DNA of 64,000 bases from Phoronis australis. Its lineage: Eukaryota; Animalia; Phoronida. A program made the translations under genes and the position numbers. Below the pieces are notes generated by a model. The model was not told the origin of the DNA. It worked only from the letters and a program-made list of their open reading frames with translations, and did no database searches. Shown piece after piece: positions 36,001 through 48,000 of this stretch; the first letter of the stretch is position 1, and each line of letters opens with the position of its first letter. Where the stretch lies: contig NMRA01000369.1 of assembly GCA_002633005.1 (NCBI GenBank), positions 209,885 to 273,884 of the forward strand, read 5' to 3'.

Positions 36001-39000
36001 CTATAGTTACAAATTTTATTTCTCGGACACTGTACGCAGCGATGGCCCTATCCTAAATCTGCCTTAACTGAGTTACTTGACTGATCTGTGTCAGTATGAT
36101 GAAATAACTAAATGGTGGCAAATTGTTTTGCCTGACCGACTTGACTGTGTCAATGTGTCACCCATGAAATGTTCGAATTACAGGATCTTGTTTATTTTAC
36201 ATCCAGATACTGTTCCAAATCCCCTGCACTTCAAATAGTGAATTAAAAGTGTTGTTAAGGTTATATAGGATCTTAATGGACAAGACTGTTCATTAAGCCA
36301 AATATCTACAAACTAGAGATTTTAACTGGGAAAAAGTCGTATTCATTTTCTGTCAGAGTAGAAATTCTGTAGAATTTAATTTTTGACTTTATGCCAATCT
36401 GCCATTAATTAGGTCATGTTACCAGGTTTTTTATTAAATTTTACAAAACAGAAACTTAAGGTGCATTTCATAGCAAAACGGCAGGAGCAATAAGATAAGC
36501 AAATTTCGTAAAAGCGTTCAAGATTAAATCTCAAAAATGCCAGTTTTCTCAATTATCGTTCATTTTTGTTTTTAAGCTATGTTAAATTTTTACGTAAAAA
36601 TCTTATTTTTATGTCCGATTTTTTGGAACGTTTTAAAACAATATTCCTAATAGTGTTTTGGAGAATAGTGCATAAAGCAGAGTACCTGAAACTTTCAATG
36701 GAATCCAACCTGCCATTTCTAAGTTATGATGTTCCGAAGTTGACCAGAATTGGACATTTTTCTAGGGCCCTGCATAACCTTAATCTCAACATATCCTTTT
36801 GCATCCTTGTATACTGCAAATAGTGGTTGGAAATAAATGTCAATTTGCACTACCCTGACCCCTGCACTCCAATTTATTCCACTGTACAATGTTTGTGGGG
36901 CTAAACATTTCCAGTCCAGCTATTATAAGTAGATTACTTTACTTGTCTTATTGTTTTGTCATTATTTTTAGTCAGAAAGATTACCATATCTTCCCTGAAA
37001 TAGGCCCACACTGGGGTATTATCCCACCCCTGACATTTTAAGTTTCTTGTCAATGAGTATATCAAACTCTCTCCTGCAAAGATGCCTCAGAAAACAGCTT
37101 GGCTGTATGTTCAGTAGTATTGTGTGGAAGTCCATGGGGTATGCTTATTAGTTGTTTCCAATTTTGTGTAGCTGGCAATTAACAAATAATTGCCCACCTG
37201 GACTTAATACATGGTTGGACACAGTAGATAGTTGGTACTCCTGCAAACTCTTTATCCATAGCCTAATTGTGACTACACCCTTAGTGGTTTAGTTGTTAAC
37301 TGTTGATCTCAGCCAAGATAAGTTGTAAACTTTGAGAGTTAATACAATAATCAGCTTACTATTTGTGTTTATCTGTCTGCTGTAATTTGCTTGGGAGAGA
37401 TTTGTAATTTTTACCTCAAATGCTATCACTCTGTTCTAAAGGAAAATTAATGTTGCTTTTCATTAATTAAGAGTCAATGAACCAGTCTTCCACCACAAAA
37501 TCCAGCTTTTGATTTGGATTCACTGTTGTGAAACTGATCTTAAATAGTTCCTCATCAGACATTACTAAGTGATTTCAAGACTTCAAAAGTCATTACAGTA
37601 AGTTGTAGCCAACCAGGCTCTTCAATTTGGCTTTGTGGTGCAGCATATGTATTATATATAGTCTCGAGGAACAATGAACTGTCAGTTCTTTGGAATCACG
37701 TTTGAGTATGGAACAATTAATTCGAGACCATGCAATTTTATGTGATAAATGCTCTAAATAAGAAATTCACTTCTTGGGAAGAATGTAGGTTTATATTGCT
37801 CATATTAAGGTGCAAGCAGAGAGTCTCCAGTCCTGTGTTAGATCATCTTGAATTCTAATCAATTACCATGGTGTGTGCACAATGGCCTCAATCAACATGC
37901 TTTGTTGTGGCAAATTTGAGCATCATCGGGCAAGTTGTGCCTAGCACAACTGACTAAGACAGGACAACTGGTGTGGCATGGTGGAAATTGGAATTTAGTT
38001 ACTGGCATTTAATGCATGCACTCTGTGAAAGTTTGTGTGCAGTATAGAAACTTGTCACTATAAGTGGCATGTTGTTTGACTTCCAGGGAACTTTAGATTT
38101 GCAGCGTCTGCACTATGATGATTGTAAAATGTTCGGGTGTCAAGTTGAGCTATGTCAAGGTGACTGTCTTACTACTGCTCCACTCATGACAAGTATTTTT
38201 ATTTTGCTATATGAGCCATAATGGCGTACGTTATTGAAGCTGTGTTTCACGTATAATTGCCTTGCAGGTTAGTCGGACGTCAAGTGTACAGATACCACCA
38301 GTAAGACTAGTATACTGTTTGCTCTTTTCAGTCAAGCACTTGTCAATGATTTATTATGCTTGTAAATTAATAGTTTTAAGTTGAAGTCACAATTTATTGC
38401 TTATTTCATTAATTGTTTATTTTTTAAATCCCAGATTATAGGCCATGTTGAGAAAAACTTATGGCGAAATCTCACCAATTTAGGACAGATTGTGGTAGAC
38501 AAGTGGAAACTCATTTGTTTTCTTTTTTTCTGAACTTCGTGACATTTTACCATATGTCTGTTCACACATTGTTGCCCTGTTCACAGTCGTAATATGTTGC
38601 CCTCCCCCTTCACTTCTACTTGTTAAGGTTCAGGTACTTTCCATCAATCTGGGGGCTCCATGATTCAGTAATCCACAGGGGTAATAAAATATTTATATTT
38701 TCAGCCAGGACCATAAATCCTTTGTTAAACGTGTGTTTAGTTACACAGTCCAAATGGGATAGTTGCATGACTAAGAGCAGGGTTCACAAAGAACTGCTAC
38801 CACTAACGTTGCATATTCAGTGTGTATCAATTTCAATAGGGTTGTGTGTGATCAACTCCCATGATTTACAACCATCTGATTGTTTACTTTTAACAGTGTG
38901 GCATTTTCTGAGTCACTGACTGTCTTAGTTTTCTAAGGTGTCATTTAGGTCATTTAATATGCAACTGATTTTTTTTTCATGAAGATCATAGTTTTGGTAG

Positions 39001-42000
39001 CCCTGTATGCAAAAGTAGAACATTTAAAGACAATAGCATTTTGGAAAACAGTGTGCAAAGTATTATATCTCAAAATATCTCAGTTTCATATGATTCTGGT
39101 CACCAATTTAGAGTTACGATTTTCAGAAGTTAGCCAAACTTTGACATTGTTCTACTGTAAGTTTAAGTCATTATTTCGTTGCCCCATTCACTCAAGCTTA
39201 ATTAGTCTCAACATGTCATAGCAGTTCACAACTAGCTAGTGAGCGGTAAATGGTCATGGTCAAGCGACAATCGTAAATTTCAACACTTGAAATCAGCAGT
39301 AGCAAATCTTGCTGATGAAGCAACAAATGAATCCATTATGTCCTAGGTTTTGTCACAAATAACTGAGGGAGTCAAACTCGCCCTATTGAAACAATAGTTT
39401 GACATGGATCCAAGCAATGGTTTTCGTGAAAGTCGCCTTTGACGTATTCCCCTGTTTACAAATAGTTTATTAGTTTAACTCCTGATAGCGCTTCTACCTA
39501 TAAGTTTAGTTACCCTTTGCATTACCATAATTTCCACTTTGTATTGCTTGAGCTTTTACGTACTGAGAGATCTCTGAAGTTTAGATAGTGCACGGCATGC
39601 TGCAAAGGGACTGGCTACAAATTAGTCTTTCATACGGTAGAAAAACTGAGGCAGCCTTTCTTTGCTTTTTTCATGGATAGTCTATGACGTGCTTGGTCCA
39701 GCAGTGTATATTAGGCTGATTTTTTCACTATTTGCTGCATGCGTGTTATTTGGGCTTCAGTTCAACTAGTTTGTGTAAACCAAGAACAGATTTGATAAGA
39801 ACACGTGATAATGGGATGCTCAGTAATTTTTTAATTCATTCAAGATTGTACTTGGGAAAAGGTACGTTACATCTCTGGAGCAGTACATTAGCTCTTCATT
39901 GTGGTCAGATACTTTCTCAGTCAATTGGCCTTTTTACGTAGTGTGTACGAAGGATTGTGGGATGTCGATTATCCAAACTATATCCCCCAGTTGATTTATA
40001 TAGGATCAGTATTTGAGATCACTTCATTTCTATGACAACCAGAAGTTCAGTTTGGCAGTATCTGTGCAACAGTAACTGACAAGCTGTGAAGACAATCGCT
40101 TTCTTAATTCTTCCTTGATTCTGGATTAGATGACACAAATCCCACAATTCTGTGCTCTGAGTTAAACACAGGTTTTTCACTATCTGTCAAAAGGTCAATG
40201 CGATGTACTTTAATGTGTATTTTGAATTTTTATGAAATAAAGAACACAGTCATGTTTAACGTTGTGTCGTTTTTGTTCAGCCAAGTACATAATTGCTGAT
40301 AGGCGTTTTCCACTACATGTAATTTGAGTGTAAGCAATTTTGTCAATGCTGAAGGATACCTGATAAGTTTTTCTCAGCAGTGCTGGTGTATGGGCTGTGC
40401 CATGATGTGTTTGAGAAACCTCTGAGTTTGCAGCATTTTTTGAGGCAATGTAGTTTGTGTCCCCCATTTGATCAACACCATGTAGTGTGGCTGCAGGGAT
40501 AATTGGTTCAAGTTTACTGGTCATTTTGAGATCACCTTTAAGTTTACCATTATCACTATAAATGTTTCTTATCAATTCTTCGCTTTCCATTCTTTAGGCA
40601 TCTGCTCTTATCAAGCCGACAGACCCTGGCGCTGAGGTTGAAGCGCCCCCTGTCAATGTGGAGGGACAACAATATGCCGAACACAAGTCCTACATCATGA
40701 TTGAAATCTGCCTCCATCGACCTCTGGTACCCAAGAGACCCCCAGAAGAACTCGCCAAAAGGTTTCTTCTTTTTCATGTGATATACAAATTTGAATCTTC
40801 TTGCTACAAGTGCAATACTGTCTAATAGGGCCATCTTGGATTACACAGTGACACTCAAATCGCACTGTATTTACCTACAATGACTTAAACATCCGTCGGG
40901 CACGTTTGCTGCCTCTTTTTCATGCCACTGGAGTTAGTATGTTATTGGTTGTTGTCTGATTCTTTACAAGTTTTTCTCAGCTGCATTACTCTATTGGTCC
41001 TTCCAATGCCAACGAAGTATTACTACTGTCCTGTGGGCTGCAACTCCGGCGTGAAAATCCAATTTTTGGCTGTCACAGCTGCATTTAGCAGTCTTGAGGG
41101 GAAAACGGTATTTTGTGAGATTATTTTGGCATGCTGAAGGTAACTGTGAACACCTCCACTAATATGTAGCATTCTGGTAAGGCCAAAGAAAACAAAGATT
41201 GAAAATAGAAGAATTAGTTCTGGTCTTTGCACCATATTGCTTAAGAAAAAAGTACCGCCTGCCTCATTTTTGTCAAATTATTTTTAAAAAGCTACACAAA
41301 CATAAGATGACTTTAACACAGTTATTTTATCAATTTAACTACAGTCGCCTCTTTCATGACATTAATTGATTATCAACAGGTTTGCAGTTATGGCAAAACT
41401 GAAGCTGGGAATACTCTGTTACCTCTTCAGCTCTTATCGTGTGACTATTTTGAGAAAATGTATTTCAACTAAAAATACCTCATCACTGAATCAATTTCAA
41501 AAAAGAACACCAGAATCAATTATTTTTCCCTGTCCATTGCTGGTATCTGACAAATGACCTACATCCGCCCCATTTTATTGTTACGTTAAAGTGTTTCTCC
41601 GTTTCTTTGTGTTCAGAGTTGCTGAGTACATTCCCCCGCGCCCTTTGTTCCCGAAGCGAACCAACGGCGCCCAGAAGGCAGTGGAAGACTACCATAATCA
41701 AGTGGTCAGTGTGGCCAATTTGGTTCTGGAGGAGTTCCGAGAGATGTATGGGGACGAGTTCTCCAAAGGCGAACTTGTACTCACCGCTGAAGCTATTGAG
41801 ACCAGGTATGCAGTTTCTTATGGCCTTTCAACTCGCGCAATAAATAATGTAAGTCCTAAGTAGTAAAACAGGCCCCCCCGCAGTGATCATCAAAACGTAT
41901 GTTAAAGTTTCTTGTGAAATTTTGGACTGTTACGATCATGTTGTGCAGAATTGAACTCTCTAGTTCTGCATTAGAAGTCGCACACTTTACTGCTGATCTA

Positions 42001-45000
42001 AATCCAACAAATGTCTGGCAGACGCCGTCGAAAATTCCCAATTTGTAATAAAATCACAAAGATATTGCATTTTGTTGTTTTACTGTTCTTCTCAAACCTA
42101 GTAATAACTTCAAGAAGTCTCTCCAATCCTACAATTATGATAAAAATGCATTTTGGTTGTAAAACCAGTATGTGCCTTTAATGTCTATTGTATATACTTT
42201 GAGGCCATGCGACTCAGCCCAGGCATCTGTTTCATGAAAATTAGCAAAAATATTATGCCAGAAATTCCGTCTTGCATTTCACATAGTTATTCAATATGCA
42301 AAATGATTTTACCTGTGAGTCACTTCATCAAAAATATATGATAAGGTCTATGAAAATATACCTCTGTTCTATAATTATTGCTTGTTGCTCGGATGACTTC
42401 CATCATTTCTTAACCGTGATGAGCTAACGATAACATAACAGTTAGTAACTTTAATCAGTAATTGTGAAGTGCAATGTTAATCAAAATTTCAGACTTAGTG
42501 TCGCTTTTTGTGAAAAATACAGTACCTTGGGGGGGGGGGCTGTAATTTGCACTGAAATAATAAAAAGATAATTACTTTAATGGTGGTGAACTATCTAAAA
42601 CAAGTTGCTTCTGTTTTCAAAAAGTCTTGTAATTTCATTTTCAGGAGGCAAAAACTGATTTACGAACTCAACACAAGTGGTAAATACTTTGCCTTCAAGG
42701 AGCAACTGAAGCACGCCGTGGTCAAGATAGTCCGAGAAAAATATCTGAAAACATCGAATTTTGATAACAAAGATGAGCTGCAGGTATAACGACTATATAC
42801 CTACACAATGTCAGTCACATCCTGAGTCACAAATAAAACTATTGAGGGTCACGCGATGTGACATACAATTGTTGTGTCCTAAGTCACAGATAAAACTGTC
42901 GGTATTATAACATGCAAAGATTTTTCAGTTTGGCAGGAAATATGGCAGCCAGTTGTAATATTTTATGTGGTAAATTTCTGATCGAAAACTATGTTCAAGA
43001 AAATTTTTATCTATTGGTTAGGTATATGTTTCGTCAAACTTTACAGTGATGTGTGTTTCATTTAATAGTGTGCGTGTCTCTGTGCAGGCGTTCCTGAGTG
43101 AACTGTATGTGTACCTCATTGACCAAATGCACGTTGGTCTGGGCAAAGTCTTGTCATTGGAAGACAAGACTCCCATACCTGAGCCAATCACAGACTCGGC
43201 TCAGCTCAAGCATTTTGCACGAGAAGCAGAGGTCAATGAGAACTTTGAGTTGGCCGCTAAATATTACCAAGAGGTTTGTGAAATTTTTTGGGATTCTTCA
43301 GCATTGTTTGTTCTGTGTGAGGTTATTAAATAAATGTTATAGAGTGCGGCATGTATTAATTTCCTCTCAAAAACGCATAAGTGTTTTTAGAAACATACTG
43401 TTGAGTCACCGTCTGGTGTACTACGCTTCTGGTCACTCTAACAGTATAATGGAAAGATGGATGTCTACAGCCATGAGTCTCATTACATGAACAGTCTAGA
43501 TCAGTTATTGTGCTTTTATTAGAATTGATATGGGGAGAGTTATTGCTACTGAAAATGACCACCTAAGGTAATTTGGAATTTGTATTTAGTAAACCTTAAC
43601 GTAACATTAAAATTTCAGTTTGCTTTCCCATTTAATAAGTGAATCATAAATCCACCATCTAACTCAGAATTCTTGTTTGCCTAAACTTTTTTGAATGGTG
43701 TTTTTATGAGATCCCAGTTGCTGTTGGTGAGGGTAGACTGCCCTGTGAAAGAAACACTCGTTTCACTTAGTTTGCGAGTTTTACAGTTTAATCTGTTCTA
43801 GAAATTGTGTCTTGAGAAAACATGAATCTGCCAGATGTCTTACAATTATTTGCTGTAAGTTGTGAATTATGCTGTGAATTTCAGAGTTTTATTCATGTTG
43901 AGTTAGACAAATTAATATCAGCATTAAATGTTAATGATAAAGTGTAGTTAGAGCCTTGTCTACACTGATACACGTCATTTGTAGTGACGCTGTATTACAC
44001 ATTCCTGTGAGAGCAAGACAATGCAATGATCTGTCGTTAAATATTTACAAATAATTGACGACCAAAATGTGAGCATTATGGAATCAAATACTCTTTGAGC
44101 GTTGGCCAGTTTCTTCCTTGATTCGATGTCCACGCTGTTCGTTTTACTGTGAACGATTTCATCGCTGTTTCAGCGTATTGCCCGCAGCAAGAACGAGCCT
44201 GCACATTGGCTGGATTATGGCACTTTCTGTCTCTACATCAATGACATATCAAAGACAGAGGAATGCTTCAGGGAGTGCATCTCTATTGACCAAAGTAACT
44301 TAGAAGGGTGAGTTGAAAGTGGGCATCCCGGGCGTTCAAGGTCACTGAGTTGATCACAGTTACTATATAATTATAGTTTTACTTTTCTTTTAGCTCGGCA
44401 TTTTTCTCTTCTGTTTTTGATATTTTTCCGTGACTTTGTCATTCTTAAAAATGAAAACAAATTTCCAATGTTTTGATGGACATCATGTTACTAGAACTAG
44501 GAACTTACCATCAATTTCTAACAGAGACAAGTTGTGACACGTGTACGTAGACCTAGTTGTGTCTCCATAAACGTTCTGATGCAAACATTTAATTGCGATT
44601 TAGTAGTAAATGAAAGCGCTACACATGTATTGCCCTGTAGACTAAAGTTGATTCCTTTCTACTTTCATTTATTTACAGTTTGATGTTGTACGCGGTTGTG
44701 TGTGCCATGGAGGAGCGTAGTGAGACTGCAGAGACATTCTTTGAGGCTGCCACCTGTGTCAACCCAAGGAGTATTCTTGCATGGACAATGCTAGGTAGGT
44801 CAAAATGTTGAGTAGCCTTGCATTGACCTTTTTATTGTGGGATATCTGCAATGGATTGTGGGACACTGGTCAGCTAAGCAGAAGGAAACCAATGTCACCA
44901 GAGAATGTAACCTACATTTTAGCCAACAGATGGCTGGGAAAATCACTGTATATCCCAGAATTCTCTATTCTGTAAAATGATCCATGGGCAGTCCTGAGTG

Positions 45001-48000
45001 CATCAGCATTTTGGGAATACAATGTGGACATTGTTAAGTCGGTCAAAATGTGGACAACAAATTATCAAGCCAGTAAATGTGTTACTTGGTGAAGTATATT
45101 TATTTAGAAGACCTGAAAATGTGGTGTGAAAGGCCGTCCGTCACTCGTGCAGCACAATTAAGCAGGTTTACAGACTCCATCATGTTATGTAATGCTGTTA
45201 ACCTGACTCCTGATCACATGAAATTTGTGTATATTATAAGGGCAGTTGTATGCTGTAAGCCTCTAATGGAACATCTTAGTTTAAGTCTTGATTTTTAAAC
45301 TCTTGTTGTGTAGTATTAGTAAACTCAGAGTTGGGATGTATAATTTTTATTGTTTACCTAGTACGAAATTGTTTTAAGTATGAAAAAATGTTATGTAATT
45401 TTAGGGTTGTTCTATTACGGCATTGACAATGAAATTAGTACAGAGATGGCCTTCATAGAAGCCAATAAACTAAATGTGGCGGCTGCTAAGAATGCGATGA
45501 AACAGGAAGAAGATACGACAGAGAAGGAAGTGATCTCGCCAGAGGTCAACAATAACCGGGAGGCTGAGGAGAGTCAGGTAAGTGGACGAGCTGACTGACT
45601 GTGTAACTGACCTTTTGAGTTTTAGATATTTGTGGAATAACTGCAATGGATTGTGGGACACTAGTTAGGCAATCAGAATGAAACAAACCAATGACACCAG
45701 AGAACATGCACCTACATTAGCGGCCAACAGATGGCGGGGAACATGTATATCCTGTAATGCTCTAATCATAGAAAAGTCTATTGATCTTTTTGCAGAAATA
45801 CTAGGTTCACAAGAGTTTTGAAAATGCTTAGCAGTATTTCTGAGTGTGAATTATGTGGCAAGTTTTTGTATTAGCCAGGCAGATGTGCTGTTCACAAAGG
45901 AGTCATTTTCATTAGCAATGTATTGTGGGAAATTGTTTGTTCGTCTTCCAATTTTCAGCCGATAAAAACTCTGCATTTCCAGCCAACAGCTGGTGAGAAT
46001 GAAAGAAATTTTCAAAGTTCTCACACTTGTACACACATCAGGTTTCGCGCTTGGTAAAAAGGTCATTAATGTCTTTGTGACATGATAGGAATACCTAGTT
46101 TAGGAATCGGGGAGTTCATGCTTATGAAATTGGAAATTATGGTAAAAATTCTCCAGTTTGGAACAGTGAAAAAATTATTTTGCTCAAGGTCACGGCTTGA
46201 CCCAAATTTTAGAAATATGCAATGTTAACCGTCCCAAATTCAAGAATCAATGGAAAGATGCAAAATTACTCACTTAGGAGATTGAAAATACATTGTCTGA
46301 AATTTGAGAAATATCATCAACACCAAAATTGCCCTTGCTACAAATTCCAGAATGAAGAAAAATCAATTTTCTGTGAATTTACATGTCCCAGATTCTAGAG
46401 ACTGTCTCAAATTGGAGAATTTTTACATTAAGCAATTTCGTTCTGTGAAATGTGGCAGTTCATGTATTAGACATGCATTGTACAAAATTATAATGATGTG
46501 GTAAATATTGGGTTTGGATAATGTATGCCATAATTGAATACTCATACCTAATGTAATGTTTTAATGCCTTTTGACTGTGTGAAAAATTCTCGTAATGACT
46601 ACGCACGCCTGTTGAAATGTCTTTCATCACGTTTTGTTTTCCTCAGGAGCTAATCCAGAGGAAGGTATTAACTAACGCATTGTGTGCTTGTTTGATTATA
46701 ATTAATTAATTAATTGATAAAAACCTTGCCAAACAACTGGTAAGAGGTTTGTGTGACTAAGGCTTCAGCTTTTTCAGTTTTGTTTTTTATTGTGCGCCCT
46801 CATAAACATGCATGAGTTCTTCTTACGGCCATCTTTGTTCATAGCCTGGCATCCACCCCTCTATTGGTTAAATTGCCAGAAGAATTATTTATTCGTGAAA
46901 TTTAATAATCATTTTTTGTCAAGAAGAAAATTAATGTGCCTTGCCAACTTTTGATGGTCCCATCCACTGCAGCAATTGTTATGTTTTAATATCTGACTGT
47001 GTGTCTGTGGGGCAAACTTTACTCAGACATTCTACTCCAACTCATGACTGAGCTTCTTTTTTGCATTATTTGCTTTTAAATATAAATGTACACATCTGTA
47101 TTTTCCAAACCTGTTTAAAGAATCTATTAACTGCATGGAATTTGACACCTGAGCCTCTGTTGAAATACGAAGAGCACTCGCCAGAACAAATTCACATTCT
47201 GCTATATTGTGGCATTTCCCTTTTTCACGTCTCCTTTAAAATAGTGAAAACCACTCAGCGGTTTTAATCTAACCTTTACCAGCTTATTGCGACTCTGCAT
47301 ACATGAGTTATTGCAGACCCCTTCATTTAGTGAAATTGTTGAAATAGCATCTGCTATCTTATTGCCATTTTTTATGCACTTATTTGACGAAGTGTATTAG
47401 TGATCTGCATTGCTCACATTTTTTAGTGCAAAAGTACAGAATTATCCTTAAGTTTCTCAAAAGCCGTGAGTGTAAATACAGTGGAGCACACTTGATGCCA
47501 AAACCTCAACCTAAATTATGATAAGCGGATATTCCAGTAGGCGTTAGTCGTAACCGCTCTTATAAGCTAATCGTGCTAAGCGGAGAGTCTCAGAGTAAGG
47601 CAGCTCAACAGAAATTTCTGATAAGGCAACTGAATTGATTAAATTGGGTTGATTTTCAGATAGAAAAATGCAGGTTCAAGCAACCGGGAATTAATTTTGC
47701 TAATTGTTAATGGCAATATCCAGGAATACAACAACAAATCATGACATTTTGTGGGTTATTTTATATGGTTTGATATGAATTGATTTGTTTTTTGACATTT
47801 CTTGACAATAACCAACAATTATCCGCTCTGACATTTAAGTGGATTCCAGTACACGACCTCACTGAAGCAGCCAAAGCTATACAATAAAACTCTCTCTACA
47901 AGAAACACTCTTAACGCTATTAGTGTTTTGATGTGCAAATAGATCTCATAATGGATGCTATCTTAGAATGTGTTCCTAGTCTTTCAGGTATTTAGTTAAC

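Noticed and set aside
36090-36140. ATGATGA...CTGA box pair
   Set aside because: Only ~40 nt long, too short for a C/D snoRNA.
40210-40590. 126-aa antisense ORF in a CFAP70 intron
   Set aside because: TTG start, no recognisable domain or splice support; length is within chance expectation.
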